Source: an uncultured Candidatus Binatia bacterium (GTDB lineage: Bacteria > Desulfobacterota > Binatia > UBA9968 > JAJDTQ01). From it: a DNA stretch of 64,000 bases. Positions 54,617 through 64,000 of the stretch are shown here, in pieces (positions within the stretch are counted from its first letter, which is position 1; each line of letters starts with the position of its first letter). The notes under the pieces were generated by a model, which saw only the letters and a program-made list of their open reading frames with translations, was not told the DNA's origin and made no database searches. A program made the translations under genes and the position numbers. Where the stretch lies: contig OZ244617.1 of the NCBI GenBank assembly GCA_965218305.1, positions 715,776-779,775 on the forward strand, given 5' to 3'.

Positions 54617-54656
54617 CAAAGCCCCCGATCCGGCCTTGCGGATCGGGGGCTTTGTT
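54617..54656. terminator. Bidirectional rho-independent terminator between the convergent dctM and dctP genes.
   Basis: GCCCCCGATCCG-GCCTTG-CGGATCGGGGGC, a 12-bp stem, flanked by AAAAACAAA and TTTGTT. Confidence 0.7.
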
Positions 54657-54681
54657 ACTCACGCATTCGATGGCTCGGACC

Positions 54682-55680
54682 TTACGGCACCGAGTACATC
54701 TTCTCCTTCAGCTTCGCGAACGGCACGGTGTACTTCGTGTCCTTCCGTACATCCCACGAGCGCTCGTAGATCGTCGTCAGATAGGCGCGCCGGACGTCGC
54801 CCTTGAGCTCGATCTTCTTGAGCCCCGCGGCCCACAGCTTTTCGTTGTCGGCGTTCGCCTTCTTGCGCAGGGTGGGGATGCTGTTCTCCTCGAACGCCAG
54901 CCCCTGCTTGTTCAGCATGTCCTGCACGGACTTGGGAAGCGTCTTCCACTTGTCGAGGTTGACCACCGCCATGGCGGCGCTGCGGTAGAATCCGGGGTAG
55001 ACGCGGTACTTGAGGAACTTCTGCACGCCGTACTTGGCCAGCCCGCCCTCCGGCCAGGCGAGCCCTTCCACCACGCCCCGTTGCAGACCGGTGTACATCT
55101 CGCCGGCGGACATGTTGATGGGGATCGCGCCCATGGCCTTGAAGAACGGGTTGTAAGTCGCGGTGGAGCGCATCTTGTGGCCCGAGAGGTCGAGGCCCGT
55201 TTGGTCGCTCTGTTTCGGCATGAACGTGGTGTAGATATGGAAGTCCACGCCGTAGCAGCACCAGGCCAGGATTCTCCCGTTCATCTTGGCGGCCCACGGC
55301 CCTTGAAGCTGGTCGATGGCGCCGTTCTCCCGGAGCACCTTGGTGTGCAGGTTGGTCACCGACATCAGGCCGGCTTCGGCCACCATTCCCTCGAAGTAAC
55401 CCATGGGACAGAAGATCATGTCCACCAGGCCGCGCTTGAGAGCGTTTCCCTGCTTCTGGCGCGGCGTCACTTCCGGTCCGCCCACGTAGTGGAGCTTGGC
55501 CTCGCCCTTGGCCATCTTGTTGAACGGGTCGTGGAATCCTTCGAAGTACGTCTCCACCTGGGGATGAGTCTTTGCCAGGCAGGTGCTGACCTTCAACGTG
55601 ACCGCAGCCTGCGCGGATGCGGCCAGAACGAACAGGGCGAACGCCACCGCGACGAACGCCCCCAGTGTGATTCGCTTCAT
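54682..55680 (-). CDS. dctP: TRAP transporter substrate-binding protein (DctP family).
   Basis: Signal peptide MKRITLGAFVAVAFALFVLAASAQA, then a DctP-type body. Confidence 0.85.
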   Translation of the reverse strand: MKRITLGAFVAVAFALFVLAASAQAAVTLKVSTCLAKTHPQVETYFEGFHDPFNKMAKGEAKLHYVGGPEVTPRQKQGNALKRGLVDMIFCPMGYFEGMVAEAGLMSVTNLHTKVLRENGAIDQLQGPWAAKMNGRILAWCCYGVDFHIYTTFMPKQSDQTGLDLSGHKMRSTATYNPFFKAMGAIPINMSAGEMYTGLQRGVVEGLAWPEGGLAKYGVQKFLKYRVYPGFYRSAAMAVVNLDKWKTLPKSVQDMLNKQGLAFEENSIPTLRKKANADNEKLWAAGLKKIELKGDVRRAYLTTIYERSWDVRKDTKYTVPFAKLKEKMYSVP

Positions 55681-55819
55681 CCGTATACCCTCCTTTGTCG
55701 GGGCTCTCTTGGCCCCAATTGGTTGATGTCGCCCTTCAAACCGTCAAGTGCTGACCTCTATTAAAGTCGGGAACCGTTGTCAAGTGAACACAAGCGGCGC
55801 AGGACGCGCTGTCGGGCAC

Positions 55820-56878
55820 TCACAAACGCGCGCCTTCACGGTCGAATACCAGCAGCTTTTCCGTGTCGAGCTGACAGTGCACGGTCTGACCCGGCGCAAT
55901 GTCGCTGCGCACCGGCTGGATCGAACGCAGCACGTTGCCGTCGCTCAGCGTCACGTCGTAGAGGTTTTCCCGCCCCTGGGTCTCGACGAAACTGACCTTG
56001 CCCGAGAGCGGGCCCGAGTCGGCGAGCCGCACGTGCTCGGGGCGAACGCCGAGTTGAATCTCGCATCCGTCCTCGAGGCCCTCGTAGCCGCTCGGCACGT
56101 CGATGCCCGCCGTCGAATCGTTCAGGCAGAAACGACCGCCGCGGACTTGGCCCGACATGAAGGCGATCGGCGGGTTGCCCAGGAAGCCGGCTACGAAGGT
56201 GCTGACAGGGTTGTGGTACATTTCGGCGGGCGAGGCGACTTGGTGAATTTGGCCGCGATCCATGATCGCGATCCGGTCGCACATGCTCATCGCCTCGACC
56301 TGATCGTGTGTGACGAGGATGGCCGTGATGCCGGTCTCCTTTTGCAGCCGGCGAAGCTCCGAGCGCATGTCGAGGCGCAGCCGCGCGTCCAGGTTGGCCA
56401 GCGGTTCGTCCAGCAGGAGCACGCTTGGGCGACGGATCAAGGCCCGCGCCAGCGCCACGCGCTGCTGCTGACCACCGGAAAGGTGCGCGGGCAGACGCTC
56501 CAGCAGGTGATCGATCTCGAGCATGGCCGTGATTTCGCCCACCCGGCTGTGAATGGCTGCGCTCGGTTCTCCCTTTACCTGGAGCGGGAAGGCGACGTTA
56601 TTGAACACGTTCATGTGTGGATACAGAGCGTAGGACTGGAACACGACGCCGACGTTGCGTCGCTGCGGCGACCAGCCGGTGACGTCTTCGTCGCCGAAGA
56701 GTATCCGCCCGCCATCGATGACGTGCAGCCCGCACACGGCGAGCAGCGTCGTCGTTTTGCCGCAGCCCGAAGGACCGAGCAGCGCGAGCATCTCGCCGTC
56801 CTCGACTTCGAGATTCATCGCATCGATGACGGTGTCTTCGCCGAAGCGCTTGGTGAAGTTTTCGATCAGAATGCGCAT
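55820..56878 (-). CDS. ABC transporter ATP-binding protein (MalK/UgpC/PotA-like, with a C-terminal TOBE domain).
   Basis: GPSGCGKTT Walker A, LSGGQQQRVALARAL signature, LLLDEPL Walker B. Confidence 0.9.
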   Translation of the reverse strand: MRILIENFTKRFGEDTVIDAMNLEVEDGEMLALLGPSGCGKTTTLLAVCGLHVIDGGRILFGDEDVTGWSPQRRNVGVVFQSYALYPHMNVFNNVAFPLQVKGEPSAAIHSRVGEITAMLEIDHLLERLPAHLSGGQQQRVALARALIRRPSVLLLDEPLANLDARLRLDMRSELRRLQKETGITAILVTHDQVEAMSMCDRIAIMDRGQIHQVASPAEMYHNPVSTFVAGFLGNPPIAFMSGQVRGGRFCLNDSTAGIDVPSGYEGLEDGCEIQLGVRPEHVRLADSGPLSGKVSFVETQGRENLYDVTLSDGNVLRSIQPVRSDIAPGQTVHCQLDTEKLLVFDREGARL

Positions 56879-57702
56879 CAGCCCTTGGTTCCCCCGCCGT
56901 AGATGTTCATCAGCTTGTCCTGGAAAAACAGGTAGAGGATGACAACCGGGATCACGTAGAATAGTCCGATGCTCTTGAACAGGGCGAAGTTCAGGTCCGA
57001 GTCGTCTGCGATGAGCCCGGCGAGGTAGACCGACAGCACCTGCACCTTGTTGTCCGGCGCCAGCACCTGCGGCAGTATGAATTCGCTCCAGCCGGCCAGA
57101 AACGAGAACACGCCCAGCGCCAGGATACCGGGCGTGACCTGCGGCAGTATCAGGCGCCGCCACACCGTGAAGCGACTCGCACCATCCTGCACACCGGCCA
57201 TTTCGATCTCCCACGGCACGGTGTCGTAGAAACCCTTCATGATCCAGATGCCCAGCGGCAGCTCGAGCGAGGCCTTGACCAGGATGACCCCGGTGAGCGT
57301 GTTGTAGAGCCCGATCATCCGCAGCACGAGGAAGATGGCGATGATCAGGGTCACGGTCGGGAAGGCGTGCAGCACCAGAACCCCGGCGAGGAAATAGGCC
57401 CGGAACGGCAGATTGATTCGCGACAGCGCATAGCCCGCGGTGGATGACACCGACAGCACGATGACCGCGGTTGAAGCGGCAAAGATGAACGTATTCAGCG
57501 TGACGGCCCAGATATTGGCCCTGCCGGGCAGGTCCTCCCACAGGAAGTGCCAGTTCTCCAGCGTGAAACCGTCCGGCAGCAGTTGCCCGGGCGGCGCCTC
57601 ACCCACTGTCTCGACAATGAGGAAGAGGTACATGAGCACCAGCGGCGCGGACGCAGCCGCCAGCAGTGCAACGATGATTCTGCTCCCGCGTGTGTTCAGC
57701 AT
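56878..57702 (-). CDS. ABC transporter permease (MalG/UgpE-like).
   Basis: 274 aa with 6 transmembrane segments and an EAA-like loop. 1-nt overlap with the ATPase gene. Confidence 0.85.
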   Translation of the reverse strand: MLNTRGSRIIVALLAAASAPLVLMYLFLIVETVGEAPPGQLLPDGFTLENWHFLWEDLPGRANIWAVTLNTFIFAASTAVIVLSVSSTAGYALSRINLPFRAYFLAGVLVLHAFPTVTLIIAIFLVLRMIGLYNTLTGVILVKASLELPLGIWIMKGFYDTVPWEIEMAGVQDGASRFTVWRRLILPQVTPGILALGVFSFLAGWSEFILPQVLAPDNKVQVLSVYLAGLIADDSDLNFALFKSIGLFYVIPVVILYLFFQDKLMNIYGGGTKG

Positions 57703-57714
57703 CGTCGTGGCCTG

Positions 57715-59055
57715 CTACGTTTCGATGCGCGGACGCGCCACGAGGGCGTCGAAGTTGAAGATCTTCAGGTAGAGGAGCGAGAACGCCACGCCGATGATCA
57801 CCAGCACCAGCGCGAGCGTCGCGCCGTAGCCGTACTGCAGGTTTCCGGCATAGTTGTTGAGCGCCGTGTGATAGGCGGCGAGCGACCAGACCTCGGTCGC
57901 CGAGCCCGGCCCGCCGCCGGTGGCCAGCAGGATGTACTCAAACGAGGTCAGCAGCGACAGCGTCTGGTAACTCGTCACGAACAGGAGCGGCCAGCGCAGT
58001 TGCGGCAGGATGATGCGCCTCACCTGCTGCCAGCGCGAAGCGCCGTCGACCTCGCTGGCCCAGAACAGGGTTTTGGGGATCGCGCGAATGGCGCTGGAAA
58101 AAATGATCATGCCCATGGAGGCGCCGACGAATCCATTGATGAGCACGACGAAGACCCAGGCATTGAACGCAGTGTCGAGCATCCAGTTGCGTGAGGCGAC
58201 GCCAAACCAGACGAGCACCGTGCTGAGAAATCCGGTGTCCCAGGCGAACCATTTCCAGAGCAGCACGTAGAGCACCGGCGGCGTGATGCGCGGAAGAAAC
58301 CAGATGCCGCGGAAAACCGCCGCCTGGGTGCTGGGCAGGTAAAACGTCGTGATGGCGAGTACGAGCGCAAATCCCGTGTTGAAGAGAATCAGCGTGACGA
58401 AGACGTAGATCAGTGTATTGGCGAGCACCTGCGCGGTGTCCGCGGTGCCGAACATGCGCCGCAGGTTGTCCGTGGTCCAGGCCCAGCCGGTGTAGCTCGC
58501 GCGCACCAGGCGCTCGCGATCTTCGTCACTCAACTGCAGTCCGCTTGCGGCCAGTGCCGTCAGCAGGTCGGCACGCTGCCTGAACGTACGATTGACAACG
58601 CTCGTCTCGAAATGCCGGGCGGTCTGCTTCAGCGCGCGCACCGAGCGCGGGCGCTTGTTCAGTGACTTCAGCGCCCGTTCGAAGTTGCGGCGACTGTCGA
58701 AGGTCTTGCCGGCGTGACGTTGCGCGAGTTCATCGAGGGTGCCGGCGGCGACACCGGCAGCGCGTGCCCTGGCCAGCGTTTCCGGATTGACGAGGTAACT
58801 GGTGGCGCCGAGCGATTCGACCACGGAGCGGTCCATACCGCGTTCGGGGAGGCGGCTGAGCGTGGACGGCGTGATCAGGTATCCACCTCCGCCGATACCG
58901 GTGGCGGTGCTCATGCTGGTGAACGCGAACACCGCGGTGAGCACCACCGGTGCGACGAAGAACACCACGACGAAGAGCGTAGCCGGCGTCAGGAACAGGA
59001 CGCCGAGCCATTTGCCGGGAGTCATGACACGCAGTTTTCGGCTGCGGATGGGCAT
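57715..59055 (-). CDS. ABC transporter permease (MalF/UgpA-like, extended N-terminal loop).
   Basis: 446 aa. A long periplasmic insertion after TM1. C-terminal ...ASEVDGASRWQQVRRIILPQL... EAA motif. Confidence 0.85.
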   Translation of the reverse strand: MPIRSRKLRVMTPGKWLGVLFLTPATLFVVVFFVAPVVLTAVFAFTSMSTATGIGGGGYLITPSTLSRLPERGMDRSVVESLGATSYLVNPETLARARAAGVAAGTLDELAQRHAGKTFDSRRNFERALKSLNKRPRSVRALKQTARHFETSVVNRTFRQRADLLTALAASGLQLSDEDRERLVRASYTGWAWTTDNLRRMFGTADTAQVLANTLIYVFVTLILFNTGFALVLAITTFYLPSTQAAVFRGIWFLPRITPPVLYVLLWKWFAWDTGFLSTVLVWFGVASRNWMLDTAFNAWVFVVLINGFVGASMGMIIFSSAIRAIPKTLFWASEVDGASRWQQVRRIILPQLRWPLLFVTSYQTLSLLTSFEYILLATGGGPGSATEVWSLAAYHTALNNYAGNLQYGYGATLALVLVIIGVAFSLLYLKIFNFDALVARPRIET

Positions 59056-59110
59056 AGCAAATAACCGCGCCGGGGTCCGCCCGGCGCGGCCGGCTCCACC
59101 GCTCTACCGA

Positions 59111-60469
59111 TCAGCGCATGATGATGCGATCGCCAAGCGCGTTACGCAACTGGGCGGCAGCATCCTTCGCGGCCTGGTCGGGGCGCTTCTGCCCGGTCCA
59201 GGCGGATTCGAGCCCCTTCCACATGGCGGTCCAGTAGACGCCGAAATCGACATTGTTGGGCATGGCGCTGGCACTGGACAGCAGCCGTTCGGTCGCTTCG
59301 CTGGCCCAGCGGTCGTTGCTGTAGAGCCCGATCGAGGTCTGCGACCTGGTGATGCCCAGGTGCGCCGACTTGATGGCGTGCAGGGTGTTGATACGCGGCT
59401 CGGACGCGATCGTCACGAGCTTGGCGGCAATGAATGCATCGTCGTCCGTACCCCGGTTGGTCACCAGGTAGACGAGCGGATGGGTGATCGTGTTCGGCCG
59501 GCCGTTGGCATCGCCCGCCGGGATCAGCGTGAACTGGATCTTGTCGAAAAAGTCGCCGAGGCCCTCTTTGCCCGTGTAGCGCGCGTAGTGCCAGGTGCCT
59601 CCGTGCCAGAGGCCCGCCTTGCCCGACGCGACCTCTGCGTACCACTGATCCCACGGCGTGCCGATATGGTTCTTGCGGGTGACGCCCGCGGCGACTGCAT
59701 CGGCAAAGAACTTGTAGAACCGCGTCATTGCGCCCTGGTCATAGATCAGCTTGCCCGAGGCGGCATCCTGCATCTCGCCACCGAAAGACAGGTAGAATTG
59801 CCAGTAGTCGGGACCATTGGAGACGCGCGGGTAGAAGCCGTAGCCTGGTTGCACCACGCCCTTGTCCTGCATCTTCTTGGCGTCCTCGATCACGTCGTAA
59901 AGCGTGTAGTCCCCACCGGCGACCCGTTCCGGCAGCGCGGCGAGTTCCGCATCGGAGTAACCGATCGCCTTCATATGCGGAATCCATGCGAAGAACGGAC
60001 GCGATTCCGCATCTTGGGGCAGACCGTAGACGGCACCCTCGTAGGAGGCGATTTCGATCAGATTGGGAAAGATGTCGTTGACCGGCCATGCTTCCATGTC
60101 GATCAGGTCTTCCATCTTGCGAATGATGCCGGCATTCGCCCAGGGAGCGATGTCTTCGTGCCCTGTGACGACGATGTGAGGCGCGTTGCCGGACTCGGCG
60201 GCCAGCGTCACGGCCTGCTTGAAGTCGTCCCAGCCATCGTAGAGCTTCTTGTCGACCGTGATGTTGATCGACTCGCCATTGATCGCGGCTTCGCGCTGGA
60301 GAATGTCGGCGGCCATCTCGATGGCGTCGACCCGGTAGACGTCATTGGCGCTGGAGCCGCCCGCCCACACCGTGATCGTCATGTCGGCCGCGGACGCGGT
60401 CCCCGTCGCAAGCAACACAGTCAACGCAGCAGCAGCAAGCACACGGACAGGTTTGTATGAATTACCCAT
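59111..60469 (-). CDS. ABC transporter extracellular solute-binding protein (family 1, sugar-type).
   Basis: Signal peptide ...VRVLAAAALTVLLATGTASAADMT. About 450 aa. GGAGGTCGGAA-ATG. Confidence 0.8.
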   Translation of the reverse strand: MGNSYKPVRVLAAAALTVLLATGTASAADMTITVWAGGSSANDVYRVDAIEMAADILQREAAINGESINITVDKKLYDGWDDFKQAVTLAAESGNAPHIVVTGHEDIAPWANAGIIRKMEDLIDMEAWPVNDIFPNLIEIASYEGAVYGLPQDAESRPFFAWIPHMKAIGYSDAELAALPERVAGGDYTLYDVIEDAKKMQDKGVVQPGYGFYPRVSNGPDYWQFYLSFGGEMQDAASGKLIYDQGAMTRFYKFFADAVAAGVTRKNHIGTPWDQWYAEVASGKAGLWHGGTWHYARYTGKEGLGDFFDKIQFTLIPAGDANGRPNTITHPLVYLVTNRGTDDDAFIAAKLVTIASEPRINTLHAIKSAHLGITRSQTSIGLYSNDRWASEATERLLSSASAMPNNVDFGVYWTAMWKGLESAWTGQKRPDQAAKDAAAQLRNALGDRIIMR

Positions 60470-60643
60470 TTCCGACCTCCTTTGGTTGGCTGGTATCGTG
60501 ACCATCAGTTTCTTTTACACGTGCGCAAGAGCCATAAGCAAGACCCGCAAACGGCGACCATGGACGGCTTCCCATGGGGCTTCGGCACAGCGTATCGGGT
60601 AAAGTCGATCGGGCTTCTGCACAACGGCCGGCAACATGCTAAG

Positions 60644-62797
60644 ATGAGCGGTCCATTAACTGACCGGATCTCGTATGCCATGAACTACATCGTTGGAGTC
60701 GATATCGGCGGCACCTTTACCGACTGCGTCGTGGTCAACGATCAGGGCGAGATGGTGGTGGGAAAATCCCTTTCCACGCCGCCGGACTTCTCCGCGGGCG
60801 CCGCCGACGCCGTTCGGGACGCGGCCCGGAACATCGGCTTCGGCGACGAGGAGGAGCTGCTCCGACAGACCGCGCTTTTCTTTCACGCCTGCACCATCGG
60901 CGAGAACACCCTGATCACCCGCTCGGGTCCCAGGACCGGCCTCGTGGCCACCCGTGGCTTCCCCGACACCCTGCTGATGATGCAGGGCAAGGTCACTGAC
61001 GGACTCACCGAGGCCGAGGCCGGCCGGCTGGCCTGGCTCCAGAAGCCCGAGCCCTTCGTTCCCCGTTCGCTCGTCGCCGAGGTGAACGAGCGCATGGACT
61101 ACAAGGGCGCGGTGGCCGTGCGGCTCGACGAGGACCAGGCCGCCGCGGCCCTGGACGCCCTGGTTGCGCGCGGCGTGGAATCCGTCGCCGTGTGTCTGCT
61201 CTGGTCCGTGGCCAACGACGCCCACGAGAAGGCCGTGGCCGAGATCCTGAGGCGGCGCCATCCCGGCGTCTACGTCACCCTCTCGAGCGCGGTGGTCCCG
61301 TTCGTCGGCGAGTACGAGCGCACCGCCACCACCGTCTTCAACGCCTACATCGGGCCGCGGATCTCCAGCTATCTGATGAATCTCGATCAGGTGCTCCGGG
61401 GCAAGGGGCTGGCCAAGCCGCCGATGGTCATGCAGTCCTACGGCGGCGTGCTGGACATCGAGTCCACCTGCCGGAACGCCGTGGGGACCATCGAGTCGGG
61501 TCCGGCCTCGGGCGTGGTCGGGACCCGGTTCCTGGGCGAGATGATCGGCGAGGACAATATCCTGGCCACGGACATGGGCGGCACCACGTTCAAGGTGGGT
61601 GTCGTGCGGGAAGGGCGCATCGAGCGGGATTACACGCCGGTGGTGCTGCGCCACCGGGTGCTGGCGCCCAAGATCTGGGTGGAGTCCGTGGGTGCCGGGG
61701 GCGGCAGCATCGCCTGGATCGAGGAGGAGACCGGGCTGCTCAAGGTGGGGCCCGAGGGCGCGGGCGCGAGCCCGGGGCCGGTGTGCTACGGCCTCGGCGG
61801 CGCCGAGCCCACGGTTTCCGACGCCGACCTCATCCTGGGCTATCTCAACCCGGACTATTTCCTGGGCGGCCGGATGCGGCTCGACCGGGAGGCCGCGTTT
61901 CAGGCGGTGAAGCGACGAATCGCCGAGCCCCTCGGAATGAACGAGTCCGAGGCCGCCCTGGGCATCTACCGCATCTCCAACGCGCACATGAGTGACCTCA
62001 TCCGCCGGGCCACGGTGGAGAAGGGCCACGACCCGCGGGCCTTCGTGCTGTTCGCCTTCGGCGGCGCCGGCCCGGTCCACGCCGGCCGTTACGCCGCGGA
62101 CCTCGGCGTCCGGCAGGTGGTGATCCCGCTCACGGCTTCGGTGCACGGCGCCACCGGCCTCATCAACTCCGACGTGGTCCACGAGTACGGCAAGTCGGAT
62201 CACCTGCAGGTGCCGGCGGACGCCGGGCGCGTCAACGAGGACTTTGCGGAGCTCATCCGCAGGGCGGAGGCGGATCTGGGCGCCGCCGGATTCGGCCCGG
62301 CCGACATGGCCGTTACGCGCAGCGTCGACATGCGCTACCGTTACCAGGTCCACGAGCTCAACGTCTCGCTGTCGCCAGGAACGACACCCCTGACGGACGC
62401 CGACCTGGAGCAGCTCTACGCGAGCTTCGACGACGCCTACGAGAAGGCCTACGGCAAGGGCTCGGGTTATCGGGAAGCCGGCAAGGAGATCCTGACCTTT
62501 CGCGTCACCGCGGTGGGGTTGCTCAAGAAGCCCCGCATCAAGGAGGCGCCGGCGCGCAAGATGCCGGCGGATGTTGCGCTGAAGCCGTCGCGTAGGGTCT
62601 TCTTCGAGGAATTGGGAGAATACGCTCCCACGGCCATCTACGATTTCGAGTCGATGCGGCCGGGGATGGAACTGTCCGGCCCGGCGATCATCGAGACGCC
62701 GGTGACCACGGTGGTGGTGAATCCACGGGACCGGGCCGAGATCGACGGGTTCCGCAACATCCGGATCTTCGTGGGCGACAAGGACGCCAGCGTCTGA
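60644..62797 (+). CDS. Hydantoinase/oxoprolinase family protein, HyuA-type (N-methylhydantoinase A-like).
   Basis: ...YIVGVDIGGTFTDCVVV... ASKHA fold N-terminus. About 700 aa. The start is ambiguous between ATG 60644 and ATG 60680. Confidence 0.85.
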   Translation: MSGPLTDRISYAMNYIVGVDIGGTFTDCVVVNDQGEMVVGKSLSTPPDFSAGAADAVRDAARNIGFGDEEELLRQTALFFHACTIGENTLITRSGPRTGLVATRGFPDTLLMMQGKVTDGLTEAEAGRLAWLQKPEPFVPRSLVAEVNERMDYKGAVAVRLDEDQAAAALDALVARGVESVAVCLLWSVANDAHEKAVAEILRRRHPGVYVTLSSAVVPFVGEYERTATTVFNAYIGPRISSYLMNLDQVLRGKGLAKPPMVMQSYGGVLDIESTCRNAVGTIESGPASGVVGTRFLGEMIGEDNILATDMGGTTFKVGVVREGRIERDYTPVVLRHRVLAPKIWVESVGAGGGSIAWIEEETGLLKVGPEGAGASPGPVCYGLGGAEPTVSDADLILGYLNPDYFLGGRMRLDREAAFQAVKRRIAEPLGMNESEAALGIYRISNAHMSDLIRRATVEKGHDPRAFVLFAFGGAGPVHAGRYAADLGVRQVVIPLTASVHGATGLINSDVVHEYGKSDHLQVPADAGRVNEDFAELIRRAEADLGAAGFGPADMAVTRSVDMRYRYQVHELNVSLSPGTTPLTDADLEQLYASFDDAYEKAYGKGSGYREAGKEILTFRVTAVGLLKKPRIKEAPARKMPADVALKPSRRVFFEELGEYAPTAIYDFESMRPGMELSGPAIIETPVTTVVVNPRDRAEIDGFRNIRIFVGDKDASV

Positions 62798-62844
62798 CGG
62801 CGGGCGCTGGCCGCAGGTATCGACCGAATGTGCTACGCGGGCGC

Positions 62845-62868
62845 GGGCGGGTTTGAAACCGCCCCTAC
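62845..62868. repeat. REP-like hairpin element (copy 4, inverted orientation) between the hyuA and hyuB genes.
   Basis: GGGCGGGTTTGAAACCGCCCCTAC. Confidence 0.6.
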
Positions 62869-62898
62869 AACCGCCGCTTCGGGCGGGCGACGGCAGGT

Positions 62899-64000
62899 AT
62901 GAGGATCATGGACGCGACCAACGTGGAATCGACGGACAAGCAGGTGGATCCGGTTACCTTCGAGATTCTTTCGCACCGGCTCCACGAGATCACGCGGGAG
63001 ATGGGCGCCACCCTGGAGCGTGTGGGGGGCACGGTCAACACCACCCAACTGCACGACTACATGGCGTCGCTCTACATGGCCAACGGTGACGTGTTGTCCG
63101 TGGGCGAGTCCATGATCCGGCATGCCGCGTGCGCCGGATTCGCCGTCAAGCGGATCATCGAGCGTTTCGAAGGGAACGGCGGCATCTATCCCGGCGACGT
63201 CTTCCTGCTGAACGATCCCTACCTCGCCGCCATCCACCAGTCCGACATCTACATGATCGCGCCGATCCACTACCAGGACCGGCTGATGGCGTGGAGCGCC
63301 ACCTTCGTCCACGTCATGGACATCGGCGCCATGTCGCCGGGCGGCAATTCACCCGGCGCCACGGAGATCTGCCACGAGGGATTGCGGATCCCGGGCCTCA
63401 AGCTGGTGGAGCGGGGCCGGCTCCGGCAGGACGTGTTCGACACGCTGATCAACATGACGCGGCAGCCGGTGCTGGTCGGGCTCGATCTCAAGTGCGAGCT
63501 GGCGGCCAACAACGTGGCCCGCTCGCGCATGGAAGAGATGTTCGCGCAGTACGGCCCGGAGCTCATCACCGCGGTGTCTGCGGAAATGATCCGTTACTCG
63601 GGCGACGTCCTCAGGAAGCGGCTCCGGGAGATACCGGACGGCACCTGGAGCGACAGCGGCACCATCGCGGCCAACGAGACCTGCCGTGTTTGCGTGGAGC
63701 TGCGCAAGTGCGGCGACCAACTCGTGTTCGACTTCACCGGCAGCGATCCCCAGGCGCGGCAGGGCATCAACCTGCCGTACCACGCCACCTTTGGCGGGTG
63801 CTTCGAGGCGGTGCTCACGGCCCTGGGCTACGACCTGCCCAAGAACTACGGCGCCTTCGGCCCCATCGAGGTCATCGCCCCGGAGGGGACGGTGGTGAAC
63901 GTGCAGTACCCCGGACCGGTGTCCATGAACACCACCTCGGGGCTCAAGACCGTCTCCTACGTGGCCGGCTCGACCCTGGCGCAGATGCTGGCCGGCAGCG
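62899..64000 (+). CDS. Hydantoinase B/oxoprolinase family protein, HyuB-type. The 3' end runs off the window.
   Basis: MRIMDATNVESTDKQVDPVTFEILSHRLHEITREMG... is the canonical HyuB N-terminus. The frame is open to the end of the window. Confidence 0.85.
   Translation, partial: MRIMDATNVESTDKQVDPVTFEILSHRLHEITREMGATLERVGGTVNTTQLHDYMASLYMANGDVLSVGESMIRHAACAGFAVKRIIERFEGNGGIYPGDVFLLNDPYLAAIHQSDIYMIAPIHYQDRLMAWSATFVHVMDIGAMSPGGNSPGATEICHEGLRIPGLKLVERGRLRQDVFDTLINMTRQPVLVGLDLKCELAANNVARSRMEEMFAQYGPELITAVSAEMIRYSGDVLRKRLREIPDGTWSDSGTIAANETCRVCVELRKCGDQLVFDFTGSDPQARQGINLPYHATFGGCFEAVLTALGYDLPKNYGAFGPIEVIAPEGTVVNVQYPGPVSMNTTSGLKTVSYVAGSTLAQMLAGS

Noticed and set aside
60656-62353. 565-aa minus-strand ORF.
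   Set aside because: It is antisense to the hyuA-like gene.
1-64000. CRISPR arrays.
   Set aside because: No regularly spaced identical repeats with unique spacers. The repeated sequences found are dispersed REP/MITE-like elements.

Overview
This window is 64 kb of high-GC bacterial chromosome, roughly 65-70% GC with GGAGG-type ribosome-binding sites, and about 60 genes tile almost all of it. The gene content points to an aerobic heterotroph, with Tct/Bug and TRAP transporters and aromatic-amine catabolism. I could not place the organism more precisely from sequence alone.

Main content:
- Two paralogous xanthine-dehydrogenase-family molybdoenzyme operons in coxM-coxS-coxL order (20869-24660 and 39764-43809). 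Neither carries the carbon monoxide dehydrogenase active-site motif.
- Three adjacent genes for thiamine pyrophosphate-dependent decarboxylases of the sulfopyruvate/phosphonopyruvate type, alongside sulfonate-type binding proteins.
- An aromatic catabolic cluster with 3-hydroxyanthranilate dioxygenase, two amidohydrolase-2 genes, a Rieske oxygenase and two epimerase paralogs.
- Transporters: TctCAB, TRAP DctQMP, a four-gene sugar-type ABC transporter, two MFS and two DMT/EamA transporters.
- A hydantoinase HyuA/HyuB pair, a biotin sulfoxide reductase-like molybdoenzyme, and housekeeping genes (tag, apaH, queG, mazG, ssb).
- A Phd/YefM-VapC toxin-antitoxin pair and a selenocysteine tRNA (anticodon UCA).

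Three interspersed repeat families populate the intergenic regions. Two of them supply the actual stop codons of flanking genes.

The most unusual region is a 2.8 kb low-GC island (about 45-57% GC) at 44897-47736, wedged between two convergent amidohydrolase genes. It carries three orphan genes: a small protein with a conserved-looking 'EYHGYP' motif, a 439-aa protein whose C-terminus resembles an ImmA/IrrE (COG2856) peptidase with a degenerate zinc-binding motif, and a convergent protein with an Rx4H motif typical of HEPN RNases. No integrase is present. This is the best candidate for an undescribed defense or toxin-antitoxin-like module.
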